A stretch of DNA of 64,000 bases from Candidatus Tenderia sp. (lineage in GTDB: Bacteria > Pseudomonadota > Gammaproteobacteria > Tenderiales > Tenderiaceae), in assembly GCA_031416075.1 (NCBI GenBank), contig JANOSY010000047.1, positions 3,427-67,426 on the forward strand. Reading direction: 5' to 3'. Below are positions 51,442 through 61,260 of the stretch, piece after piece. Positions within the stretch are counted from its first letter, which is position 1. Each line of letters opens with the position of its first letter. The translations under genes were made by a program, and so were the position numbers. Below the pieces are notes generated by a model. It saw nothing but the letters and a program-made list of their open reading frames with translations. It did not search any database and was not told the origin of the DNA.

Positions 51442-54221
51442 ACATCGGCTATAGTGCCCGCTATATTGTCGGTATCGATCTGGGGACCACCCACACCGTG
51501 GTCGCCTATTCCGACATCAACAGTGATAGCGAAATCCACCTTTTTGAGATCGAGCAGCTGGTCGGGCTGGGCGAAGTGGGCAGCCGCCCACTGCTGCCTT
51601 CACTACGCTACCACCCCGCTCCCGATGAGTTAAACCCGGCAGATATCCAACTCCCCTGGGAACAGGACAACCACACCATCATTGGTACCTTGGCACAACA
51701 GCTTGGCGCACAGGTGCCGGGACGGCTGGTGGCCAGCGCCAAAAGCTGGCTCTCCCACCCAACGGTAGACCGTACCGCCGCCATTCTCCCCTGGGGGGGC
51801 GCAGACGAGGTCGACAAGATCTCGCCCATGATGGCCAGCGCCAGCTACCTCAGCCATCTCTGCCACGCTTGGGGGGACCGCTTTCCTGACCACCCGTTAT
51901 CACAACAGACACTGGTGCTAACCGTGCCGGCCTCCTTCGACGAAGCGGCCCGTGCCTTAACGCTGGAAGCAGCCAGACATGCCGGGCTGACGCAAGTACG
52001 GTTGGTAGAAGAGCCACAGGCCGCCATGTACAGCTGGCTCTACTACCATCGCCACAACCAGCAGGGGGCACTTGGCAAAACGCGCCTGGTATTGGTCTGC
52101 GACGTCGGGGGCGGCACCACTGATCTCACCCTGATCAAGGTCGAACAGACCCCCAGCGGCCCACACTTGACCCGCATTGGTGTGGGCGACCACCTGATGT
52201 TGGGGGGCGATAACATGGATCTGGGGCTGGCCCATCTGGCGGAGGGGCGACTTGTTGCTAGTGGCAGCCGCCTCGAAAGCGGGCAGCTCTCCCAACTGTT
52301 ACAGCAGTGCCGCCGCGCCAAAGAGCAGCTGCTGGCGGTCGATGGTCCCGAACAGATCAGTGTCACCCTGCTGGGCAGCGGCAGCAGGCTGATCGGTGGT
52401 GCCCGTTCAACAGAGTTAAGCCGGGGTGAGGTGTGGCACATGCTGCTGGATGGTTTTTTCCCGGAGGTCAGTGTCGATGCCCGCCCCCAGCGCGGCCGTG
52501 GGGGCATTGTTGAGTTTGGCCTCCCTTATGCCGCCGATCCCGCCATTACTCGCCACGTCGCCGCCTTTTTACACCACCACGCCGGTGTCTCAGCCGAGGC
52601 ACTGGGCCGCCAGACATCGGCAGAGGATGGTGTCGTCCCCATGCCGGATGCGCTGCTGCTGAATGGTGGCGTCTTTCGCGGTACCGCCCTGGCTGGGCGG
52701 CTGATTGATGTCATCAGCCACTGGCGTGGCACCCGGCCGGCCCTGCTTAACAACCCAGACCCTGATACCGCCGTTGCCCATGGTGCCGTTGCGTATGGTC
52801 TGGCAATACTGGGACGTGCCCCCAAGATCGGCGGTGGCTCGGCCCGCAGCTATTTTCTGCTACTGGAAAATGGCACCCAAACCCGGCACGGGGTCTGTGT
52901 ACTCCCCCGTGGCAGCAAAGAGGGGGATGAAATCCAGCTTAGCCAGCAGACCTTTGCCCTGCGGCTGGGCCAACCCGTCAGCTTTCGTCTGGTCTCATCA
53001 ACAAGCAGCACGCCCTATCCCGCCGGTGCACTTTTTGACCTGACAGGTGCAGAGTTCCTGCCCCTGCCACCACTGGTCAGTGTGATGAACCCTATGGCCG
53101 ATGCAATCGAGCGCGAGTTACCGGTCCAGCTCATGGCCACCCTAACGGAGGTTGGCACGCTGGAGATCTACTGCGTCAATCAGGAGAATCCCCAGCAGCG
53201 CTGGAAACTTGAGTTCCAGCTACGTGGCCAGCACAGTCAGGAGGGCGCAACCACACTGAACGCCCCCTCACTGCCTGCCCAATTCAATCAGGCCATGGAA
53301 AAGATCCAACATATTTTCGACAACCGTTCACAAGAGGTGGAAGGCAAAGCGGTTAAACGGCTGCGTGGTGAGCTTGAAAAATCCCTGGGCGACAGACACC
53401 ATTGGCCGGTTCCGCTGCTGCGCGAACTTTTCACCCCATTCATGGACGGGGTGCGCAAACGGCGGCGTAGCGCCGATCATGAACGGGTCTGGTTCAGTCT
53501 GACAGGCTTCTCACTGCGCCCCGGCACTGGTTATCCACTCGATGACTGGCGCGTCGAACAGCTCTGGGCCATCTATTCACAAGGCGTGCAATATAGTGAC
53601 AAGAGTCAAAACTGGTCAGAGTGGTGGACGCTCTGGCGGCGTATCGCTGGCGGACTTGATGAGGTGGCTCAGACACAGATCCTTGATGACATCGCCTACT
53701 ACCTGCAACCACCGGGCAAGTCACACATCAAACGGAGCGGCCAGAAAAAACAGGGCTACGACGACATGGTCAAACTCGCCGCCGCACTGGAGCGGATCTC
53801 CATTCAGCGCAAAGAGAAAGTTGGCGGTTGGCTAACCGAACGGCTACGCAAACCCAGCGAAAACCCACAAACCTGGTGGGCCGTTGGCCGTATTGGCGCG
53901 CGGGTACCATTCCATGGCAGCACCCACAATGTCATCAGCCGTGACGTTGCCGAGACCTGGCTGACGCAGCTTCTCAGCCTCGATTGGAAAAAGATCGAAC
54001 CTGCCGGTTTTGCTGCCACCCTGCTCGCCCGAGTCAGCGGCGACCGCGAACGCGACATCGATCAATCCCTGCGAAATGAGGTGCAGCGCCAACTGGAAAG
54101 CATCAAGGCCCCTGCCACCTGGGTAACAATGGTACAGACGCTGGTAGAGCTGGACGAAAATGACAAACGACGCATGTATGGCGAAACCTTACCAGCGGGC
54201 CTCAAGCTACTATCTGAGTAA
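51438..54221 (+). CDS. Hsp70-family protein 2 with ~320-aa C-terminal helical extension
   Basis: Motifs VGIDLGTTHTVVAYS and VCDVGGGTTDLTLI are present. The product is 927 aa. A GTG start overlaps the preceding stop as GTGA. Confidence 0.8.
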   Translation: MNIGYSARYIVGIDLGTTHTVVAYSDINSDSEIHLFEIEQLVGLGEVGSRPLLPSLRYHPAPDELNPADIQLPWEQDNHTIIGTLAQQLGAQVPGRLVASAKSWLSHPTVDRTAAILPWGGADEVDKISPMMASASYLSHLCHAWGDRFPDHPLSQQTLVLTVPASFDEAARALTLEAARHAGLTQVRLVEEPQAAMYSWLYYHRHNQQGALGKTRLVLVCDVGGGTTDLTLIKVEQTPSGPHLTRIGVGDHLMLGGDNMDLGLAHLAEGRLVASGSRLESGQLSQLLQQCRRAKEQLLAVDGPEQISVTLLGSGSRLIGGARSTELSRGEVWHMLLDGFFPEVSVDARPQRGRGGIVEFGLPYAADPAITRHVAAFLHHHAGVSAEALGRQTSAEDGVVPMPDALLLNGGVFRGTALAGRLIDVISHWRGTRPALLNNPDPDTAVAHGAVAYGLAILGRAPKIGGGSARSYFLLLENGTQTRHGVCVLPRGSKEGDEIQLSQQTFALRLGQPVSFRLVSSTSSTPYPAGALFDLTGAEFLPLPPLVSVMNPMADAIERELPVQLMATLTEVGTLEIYCVNQENPQQRWKLEFQLRGQHSQEGATTLNAPSLPAQFNQAMEKIQHIFDNRSQEVEGKAVKRLRGELEKSLGDRHHWPVPLLRELFTPFMDGVRKRRRSADHERVWFSLTGFSLRPGTGYPLDDWRVEQLWAIYSQGVQYSDKSQNWSEWWTLWRRIAGGLDEVAQTQILDDIAYYLQPPGKSHIKRSGQKKQGYDDMVKLAAALERISIQRKEKVGGWLTERLRKPSENPQTWWAVGRIGARVPFHGSTHNVISRDVAETWLTQLLSLDWKKIEPAGFAATLLARVSGDRERDIDQSLRNEVQRQLESIKAPATWVTMVQTLVELDENDKRRMYGETLPAGLKLLSE

Positions 54222-54267
54222 ACAGGTAAGTTTGCGGCTGCGCGGCCATTCAAGGTATCCGTACTTG

Positions 54268-54807
54268 TTATGCCTTGGCTACCCTCTTCACCCGCCCCTG
54301 CTCCGTCAGCACATCAGTAAACCCAAACTCACTCATGTCACGAACACGTTGTGGATAGAGCACGCCATCAAGATGGTCACACTCATGCTGAACCACGCGG
54401 GCATGAATACCACTCACTTCACGCTCGAACAGATTGCCCGCCGCATCAAAACCACGATAGCGAATATGCTGGTGGCGCGGTACCTGCCCACGCATACCGG
54501 GCACACTCAGACACCCCTCCCATCCCAGCTGCTCTTCGCTGGAGAGGATCTCAATCTCCGGGTTAATTAATATGGTGCTGGGTACTCGCTCCGCATCAGG
54601 GTAACGGGGGTTATTATCAATGCTGAAAATAACGACGCGGAAAGCCTCGGCAATCTGTGGCGCAGCCAACCCAGCGCCATTCAACTCGGCCATGGTGTCA
54701 AACATATCCTGTATCAAAACATCCAGTGCCGCCGTATTAAACTCCACTATCGGCAACGCACGTTGCAACAATAACGGATGGCCCATACGTAATACCTGTC
54801 GAACTGC
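54268..54807 (-). CDS. def: Peptide deformylase
   Basis: Motif 1 GAGLAAPQI, motif 2 EGCLSVPG and motif 3 HECDHLDG are present. The start is taken at MAVRQVL. Confidence 0.9.
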   Translation of the reverse strand, partial: AVRQVLRMGHPLLLQRALPIVEFNTAALDVLIQDMFDTMAELNGAGLAAPQIAEAFRVVIFSIDNNPRYPDAERVPSTILINPEIEILSSEEQLGWEGCLSVPGMRGQVPRHQHIRYRGFDAAGNLFEREVSGIHARVVQHECDHLDGVLYPQRVRDMSEFGFTDVLTEQGRVKRVAKA

Positions 54808-54870
54808 CATGTTTACTCCTGTCATTCATTGCGCATCACACATCAACGCCAGTATCTCTGGCACGTACCA

Positions 54871-56259
54871 TTAATCTGTTCTGGATGGCGGGGAAAACTC
54901 AGCAATTGGCTCCTCTTCCTCCACGCCATCTATCTCCAGCAACTCAGCACCACTGCCTTGCAGCAGTGGTTCGGGCATCTTCTTTTTTGCCTTGGCACCT
55001 AATTTCTGCAACTGCTGAGTACGGCTAACCAGATTGCCACGTCCATCCATCAACCGGCTTTTAGCGGTCTGAAATGAGGCCTGGGCCTTGCCCAGCTTAT
55101 CCTCAACATCCAGTAGCGACTCACCAAAACGGACAAACTGGTCGTATAGACCACCGGCCTTTTCAGCAATCTCCAGCGCATTTTTATTCTGATATTCGTA
55201 GCGCCATATGTTGTGTACAGTACGCAGCGTTGCCAGCAACGTGGTTGGGCTAACCACAATAATATTTTTGTCAAAGGCTTCACGGAAGAGTAGTTGATCA
55301 TTTTCCAGCGCGGTAATAAACGCAGCCTCAATCGGTACAAACAGCAGCACAAAATCGAGAGAGTTTATACCGGGCAGATCTTCATAACTCTTAACACTCA
55401 ATCCCTTAATATGGCTACGTAACGAAGCAACATGTTCACGCAATGCCAATTGTCGCTCTACCTCATCAGTACTGGAGCAGTAGCGTTCATACCCCGTCAG
55501 CGACACCTTGGAGTCGATGATAATATCCTTACCCTCTGGCAGATGTACCACCACGTCCGGACGCAGCCGTTTACCATCATCGGTAGTGAAGCTGCCCTGG
55601 GTATCGTACTCCCGTCCCTTGTGCAGGCCGGACTCTTCCAACACCCGTTCCAGAATCACCTCACCCCACGACCCCTGAGTTTTGCTCTGCCCTTTGAGTG
55701 CATTGGTAAGATTAATGGCATCACTACTGATCTGCTGGTTCAGATGTTTAAGTGCGCTGATTTCATGGAACAGCGACATACGGTCCTTGGACTCTTTTTC
55801 ATACACATCTTCAACCTTGCGGCGAAAATCCCCCAGCTGTTCACGCAGTGGGTTAAGCACCTGATCAAGATTCGCTCTGTTTTGATCGGTAAATTTTTTA
55901 CTCTTTTCTTCAAGAATCTTGTTGGCCAGATTTTGAAACTCCGTGGTTAACTGCGCCCTGGCCTCACTCAATACCGCCAGCTTCTCACCGGACTGTTTGC
56001 GCTCCTCTTCAAGCTGGGTCTCCAACCGGGCAAGATTGGCGCTCTGTTCGCTGCCGTGCAGCTGCAGTGACGCCAACGTCGATTTCAACTGCCCCATCTC
56101 TTCCGTTTGACGGGCCAGCTGTTCATCACGGGCCTGCAACTGCGCCGCAAGTGTCGCCTGACGGGTCTCGCTACGCCCCCTTAACCAGAACGCCACTACT
56201 GCGGCAGCAAACATCACGCCCAACAACAATAGATATAACACCGGATATAACAGACTCAT
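54871..56259 (-). CDS. rmuC: DNA recombination protein RmuC
   Basis: An N-terminal TM helix and a long coiled coil precede a RmuC C-terminal nuclease-like domain. The start is taken at MSLLYPV. Confidence 0.85.
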   Translation of the reverse strand: MSLLYPVLYLLLLGVMFAAAVVAFWLRGRSETRQATLAAQLQARDEQLARQTEEMGQLKSTLASLQLHGSEQSANLARLETQLEEERKQSGEKLAVLSEARAQLTTEFQNLANKILEEKSKKFTDQNRANLDQVLNPLREQLGDFRRKVEDVYEKESKDRMSLFHEISALKHLNQQISSDAINLTNALKGQSKTQGSWGEVILERVLEESGLHKGREYDTQGSFTTDDGKRLRPDVVVHLPEGKDIIIDSKVSLTGYERYCSSTDEVERQLALREHVASLRSHIKGLSVKSYEDLPGINSLDFVLLFVPIEAAFITALENDQLLFREAFDKNIIVVSPTTLLATLRTVHNIWRYEYQNKNALEIAEKAGGLYDQFVRFGESLLDVEDKLGKAQASFQTAKSRLMDGRGNLVSRTQQLQKLGAKAKKKMPEPLLQGSGAELLEIDGVEEEEPIAEFSPPSRTD

Positions 56260-56365
56260 CACACTCACTCTACAAAGCATCAACCCATCCACTGTGACAG
56301 GTTGTTATAGTGGCAGCAGTTTACTACATTAGGCCAAACCATAATGACTAAGGAGGCGATAACCC

Positions 56366-57499
56366 ATGGACACCCTAAGCCACGAATTCCCACACCTTAA
56401 AGAACTGATACACCTGAACCACGCGGCTGTTGCGCCGTGGCCACGCCGTACCTGTGAGGCCGCAGCCCGGTTTGCCGACGAGAACATGCGGATCGGCTCC
56501 AGACACTACCCTAAATGGCTGCTAATAGAACAGCGCCTGAAGCACAATCTGGCACGGCTGATCAACGCCCCGTCGGCGGATGATATTGCATTGGTGAAAA
56601 ACACCTCTGAGGCGCTCTCATTGGTCGCCTATGGCCTAGAATGGAGTGCGGGAGATAACGTTGTCAGCAGCAATCAGGAGTTCCCCTCCAACCGCATCGT
56701 CTGGGAATCACTCAACCAATATGGCGTTCAATTCCGTGAAGCGGACATCAGTGCCGGACTCACTCCGGAAGATGCACTGTTTGCACTGGTTGATAAACAG
56801 ACCCGTCTCATCACCATTAGCTCCATTCAATATGCCAGCGGCCTACGCATGAATCTCGAACGCATCGGTGAATTTTGCCGCCAACGCGGCATACTCTTTT
56901 GTGTGGACGCCATTCAAAGCATTGGCGCACTAGAGTTTGACGTACAAAAGATAGATGCCGATTTTGTCATGGCCGATGGCCATAAATGGCTCTTGGGGCC
57001 AGAGGGACTGGGACTTTTCTATTGTCGTCCCGAGATACGTGAGCAGTTACAGCTCAAACAGTATGGCTGGCATATGGTCGACCCTTTAGGTGATTACACC
57101 ACCCGTGAGTGGCGCGTAGCAACAACAGCACGCCGTTTTGAGTGTGGTAGCCCCAACATGCTGGCCATTCATGCACTGGAGGCCAGCACTGCGCTGTTAT
57201 TAGAGTATGGAATGGAACATGTAGAGGCACAGCTGCTTAATAATAGCCGCCACCTGTTTAACCAGTTAAAAAAAATAGATCAGGTAACAGTGCTAAACAA
57301 TCAAGATGAGGGGCGCTACGGCGGCATCGTCACCTTCAAACCACTGCATGCCAATATCGACACCCTGTTCAAACAACTCACCCAGAACAACATCTTCTGT
57401 GCCCAGCGTGGCGGTGGTATCCGTTTTTCGCCACACTTTTACACATTACCTGAGCAGTTGGATGAGGCTGTAGATCAGGTGCGTCAATGTTTACGCTAA
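56366..57499 (+). CDS. Aminotransferase class-V PLP-dependent enzyme (cysteine desulfurase/epimerase-like)
   Basis: The 377-aa product has an AAT-V fold with the likely PLP lysine in FVMADGHKWLLGPEG. Confidence 0.75.
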   Translation: MDTLSHEFPHLKELIHLNHAAVAPWPRRTCEAAARFADENMRIGSRHYPKWLLIEQRLKHNLARLINAPSADDIALVKNTSEALSLVAYGLEWSAGDNVVSSNQEFPSNRIVWESLNQYGVQFREADISAGLTPEDALFALVDKQTRLITISSIQYASGLRMNLERIGEFCRQRGILFCVDAIQSIGALEFDVQKIDADFVMADGHKWLLGPEGLGLFYCRPEIREQLQLKQYGWHMVDPLGDYTTREWRVATTARRFECGSPNMLAIHALEASTALLLEYGMEHVEAQLLNNSRHLFNQLKKIDQVTVLNNQDEGRYGGIVTFKPLHANIDTLFKQLTQNNIFCAQRGGGIRFSPHFYTLPEQLDEAVDQVRQCLR

Positions 57500-57520
57500 A
57501 CCAACTCCAGCGGATAGATG

Positions 57521-59422
57521 TTAACCCTCCCCAAAGTCTGGAAACGGATCAGGCTGCTGGAACCCCATAATAACGGCGGTACGAATCTGATTAATCGCAG
57601 TGACATTAATCGATGGGTCAAGCCCTTGAAAACCACCAACACGGCTAATCGCCTCCAGTGCCAACTCAGTTGTTGTCATTTGACAAAGACGATCCCGCTC
57701 ATTGGGATCCACCTCTTTTTTAAAACGATTAATAGCAGTCATAGCACGGTTAAAAACCTTGGTGGTTGACTCCATTAAGGCAAGATCAAACTCTGTTACA
57801 ACAGGTGAATCACCTATGGCTGATGCAGGCAGTTCAAATCCCTGCTTTATTGCCTTAACAACCATCACCTGTAACTGCGGTTGTAAAGCACTGGCACCGG
57901 ATGCAATATCACGCATCATGCCGTGCAGGTTTGCCGAGGTATTCCACAACTCACGCAACCCTTCACTGGCCGGTTTTACTTTGCGTATCAGATCCGCACG
58001 ACGGCCACCCTGCACCTGCTGCTGCGCCACTGGTTGAAAGGTCTGTCCTGGATATATAGAGTTTCCTATCACGCGCCGCGCAACCTCTTCATAATGTGCC
58101 GCATTTCTAATTTTTTGGCGCGGTGACATTTGCGTAAAACGGGCAGTACCATAATAACCAGAATCGATGATGGTGCCGTTTATCTCATGACACCCCTCAT
58201 GAAGCAATAATACCGCCAATGTGTTGTTATCTTTTACCAGCATCGCTGGTGAGACCTGAATTTTTCCTGACCCTGGTGAGGTATATCCACCCACACCCAT
58301 TTCAGCATCATCGCCATGATAATCTATGGTGAAATTATTTTGATTAAAGCCGCCCAGCCGTTGTGCGACTTGCAGATAGGTCGCACTGATTTTCAACACC
58401 TCAGCATTAGGACCAAACACTGCCTCAATATCATCATCCCTATTCGCACATTGAGTCGCCAGCCGGATAGCCCGGGGCAACACCGGCTGCAACGTCTGCC
58501 AGTTGTTATCACGAATACTCTGGCTGGCTGGCAAGACCTCACTATACTGTTGATTTATGGCATACAACGCGGCATAAGCATCGGCATTAAATTTTCCGTT
58601 GGGAAAAACATCATTCACCGCATCATTCGCATCTGCATAAGGGGTATTATCCAGCACCCGCAACAATCTATTTTGACTCACCTCCATATGCATTAATCGA
58701 TAGAGCATCGCATAGGCAGAGTCTTGGCCCCCACCTAACATCAACTCTGTTTCAACAGCACTACCCGGCGGCAATCGGCGCTGCACAATATCAGTAGTAG
58801 AAGAAGCAGTTCCCGCCCTACCATTCTCAGAGCTTTGATTAAGCTGCATAGCATTGGCCTTAGCCCCCATCACATCGGCTTCATGCTCCAGACTCTGATC
58901 ATCGTTTATCTGCACACCCACCCGTTGCACCGTTGGTTTTACACGCCCCTGCTTTTTCTGCGCGACATGCCACGCCTCATGTGGCAGATGTTTTTCCTGT
59001 CCCGGCCCTACATGAATCTGATTACCTGGGGCAAATGCCAAGGCATTTAACTGTGCCGGTTGAGTGGAGTTATAGTGCACCTGAACACCCTCCATCGACA
59101 CCCCTGATAACTGCTCCGCACCCTGTTTGAGAATGTCTGGCAAGCCGGTATTATTTTCTTGTTTACTCTCACCCTGCGGCATAGCACTCCTCTGCGCTAC
59201 GCTATAGGCACTGTTCTCCATTGAGTGTGCCAACACTCCCAATTTGGTGGAGTGTTCACTACGGTCAGCCATCTGCTGAATTTTACGTTGCAAAGTAGAC
59301 CCTGCACCGCCACTTACAGATAAAACAGACCCCGCAACAGGTCGAGAACGATGTGACGATAGCCTTTGTTGGGCCACAGAACGGTTGAACACCTCTCTTT
59401 TTTTATCAGCCTGTTTATTCAT
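57521..59422 (-). CDS. DUF4157 (eCIS/polymorphic-toxin-associated zincin-like) protein with second C-terminal HExxH motif
   Basis: The N-terminal domain carries HEAWHVAQKKQGR with LEHEAD downstream, which is the DUF4157 signature. The C-terminal region contains LLLHEGCHEINGT. No signal peptide is apparent. Confidence 0.7.
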   Translation of the reverse strand: MNKQADKKREVFNRSVAQQRLSSHRSRPVAGSVLSVSGGAGSTLQRKIQQMADRSEHSTKLGVLAHSMENSAYSVAQRSAMPQGESKQENNTGLPDILKQGAEQLSGVSMEGVQVHYNSTQPAQLNALAFAPGNQIHVGPGQEKHLPHEAWHVAQKKQGRVKPTVQRVGVQINDDQSLEHEADVMGAKANAMQLNQSSENGRAGTASSTTDIVQRRLPPGSAVETELMLGGGQDSAYAMLYRLMHMEVSQNRLLRVLDNTPYADANDAVNDVFPNGKFNADAYAALYAINQQYSEVLPASQSIRDNNWQTLQPVLPRAIRLATQCANRDDDIEAVFGPNAEVLKISATYLQVAQRLGGFNQNNFTIDYHGDDAEMGVGGYTSPGSGKIQVSPAMLVKDNNTLAVLLLHEGCHEINGTIIDSGYYGTARFTQMSPRQKIRNAAHYEEVARRVIGNSIYPGQTFQPVAQQQVQGGRRADLIRKVKPASEGLRELWNTSANLHGMMRDIASGASALQPQLQVMVVKAIKQGFELPASAIGDSPVVTEFDLALMESTTKVFNRAMTAINRFKKEVDPNERDRLCQMTTTELALEAISRVGGFQGLDPSINVTAINQIRTAVIMGFQQPDPFPDFGEG

Positions 59423-59449
59423 AAAACAATACCCTTCACCTACTAATAT

Positions 59450-60217
59450 TTACTTAATAACAAACTCCACAACGGCATTGGCTGAATAGTTAATGGCCCC
59501 AAAATCAGCGCTCACGTCTGATTCAACAGAGGGCTCCTGCATCGCCATGCTGACAACACCGTCACTACGCTGCTTCAAAGCACGTGTTTGTGGGCGTATA
59601 CGTTGAGGTGACTCGATATAGACATTTTGGTCAATGATACGAACAGGCGTGAGCACAACACCCAGGCTCTGTTCATAGATTTTCTGCTTCTCCTGAACCG
59701 CACTTAGCGCCTTTTTTAGCACCTTGCGTTCGTTACCCTCTTTTTGCGAATCTTTAAACTCAGTGCCACCCAGCAGCACATCTTTTTGGCCATCGACTAT
59801 TTTAGCGATAACACGTAGCTGTTCCTCGCTATTGATAGTGACCTTAACCTCATTGCTGATCTCGTAACTGGAGGGCTTCTCACCAAACCAGCCGTAATTG
59901 GGGCTGGATGAAAACTTGGACGCTTTGATTTTATCTGCGGCCACACCGGCTTGCTGCAAGTTATCCTTAATTACTTGACGTACCTTTTCATTCTGTTGCA
60001 AGGCATCATTGAGTTTTGACTCTTTTGTGCGCACCGTGATGGCCACGATAGCAGTATCTGCCTCAATCAGCTCACTGGCATTACCATTGATAGTGATAAT
60101 CTTTCGTTGGTCCAGAAGATAATAACTCAGTTCATCTGGGCTGCCTTTCAATTCCGGTGCAGCATGTACAATACTACCGAAGGTAGCGACAATGAGTGTT
60201 GTAATAATTTTATTCAT
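59450..60217 (-). CDS. SIMPL-domain periplasmic protein (DUF541/YggE-like)
   Basis: A signal peptide MNKIITTLIVATFGSIVHA is followed by a SIMPL-like 230-aa domain. Confidence 0.7.
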   Translation of the reverse strand: MNKIITTLIVATFGSIVHAAPELKGSPDELSYYLLDQRKIITINGNASELIEADTAIVAITVRTKESKLNDALQQNEKVRQVIKDNLQQAGVAADKIKASKFSSSPNYGWFGEKPSSYEISNEVKVTINSEEQLRVIAKIVDGQKDVLLGGTEFKDSQKEGNERKVLKKALSAVQEKQKIYEQSLGVVLTPVRIIDQNVYIESPQRIRPQTRALKQRSDGVVSMAMQEPSVESDVSADFGAINYSANAVVEFVIK

Positions 60218-60396
60218 GGGTAGCCCCTCGACTGATGGTGGGACTAGTCTAACGCGGTTTTAGCGATCATAGAAGTGTTGCTAGTATCCTATTCCCCGCT
60301 CTCGTTACCAAGAGCGAGGAATATTCCTTGGATATACTCTTAACTTCCCTATTGACATGTCCGTATGACCCACCTTCCCTATAAAAAAATGCCTAC

Positions 60397-61200
60397 CTAT
60401 GCCACCTTTTCATCTGGCTTGTGCTGACGTTCATAAAGGAACTTAAGCACCTCTGAACGGAGATGGTTATACGCCGGATCATCGGCCAACTCGACACGGT
60501 TACGGGGGCGCTCCAACGTCACATACAGGATCTCACCAACCGTAGCCGCCGGACCGTTAGTCATCATGACAATTCGATCAGACAATAATACCGCCTCATC
60601 CACATCATGGGTAATCATTATGACAGTATTATTAAGATCCCTTTGAATCTCCATTAAAGAGTCTTGTAAATGTGCCCGTGTTAACGCATCCAATGCACCA
60701 AACGGCTCATCCATGAGCAGTACTTTTGGTTGCATCGCCAGCGCACGTGCGATACCCACGCGCTGTTTCATACCACCTGATATCTCAGACGGTTTTTTAT
60801 GTGCCGCGTGGCTCATATGCACCAGATCCAGATGGTGATTAATCCACTCTTTAATCTCTGTTTTGGTTTTTTTGCCTTTAAATACCCGTTTAACCGCCAG
60901 CTCTACATTTTCATAGGCAGTGAGCCAAGGTAGTAGCGAGTGATTCTGAAAGACAACCGCTCGATCAGGGCCCGGTTCATTCACCTCCTTACCTTCCAGT
61001 AAGACACCGCCAGAGGTGGCTTTATAGAGTCCGGCAACAATATTCAGAACTGTCGATTTACCACAACCGGAATGGCCTATGAGCGATATGAACTCCCCCT
61101 GCTTGATATTAATATTAACATTCTCCAATGCACGATAACTGCCCCCCTTGGTGGGAAACTCAATGGCAACCTGGCTTAACGCTAAGTATGTACTGCTCAT
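60397..61200 (-). CDS. nasD: ABC transporter ATP-binding protein, NrtD/NasD/CmpD family
   Basis: Walker A GHSGCGKST, the signature ISGGMKQR and Walker B LLMDEPF are present. Confidence 0.85.
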   Translation of the reverse strand: MSSTYLALSQVAIEFPTKGGSYRALENVNINIKQGEFISLIGHSGCGKSTVLNIVAGLYKATSGGVLLEGKEVNEPGPDRAVVFQNHSLLPWLTAYENVELAVKRVFKGKKTKTEIKEWINHHLDLVHMSHAAHKKPSEISGGMKQRVGIARALAMQPKVLLMDEPFGALDALTRAHLQDSLMEIQRDLNNTVIMITHDVDEAVLLSDRIVMMTNGPAATVGEILYVTLERPRNRVELADDPAYNHLRSEVLKFLYERQHKPDEKVA

Positions 61201-61260
61201 ATCGAATACTCCTTTTTACCATTAATGGTTGGCCACAACGTTAATAAATCGCCACCCCCG

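Noticed and set aside
60218-60396. Possible terminator hairpin (cgctctcgttaccaagagcg) and TTGACA…TATAAA promoter-like elements
   Set aside because: The hairpin has no following U-run in either orientation. The -35 to -10 spacing is ~22 nt, and the elements face a strand with no downstream gene. Support is insufficient.
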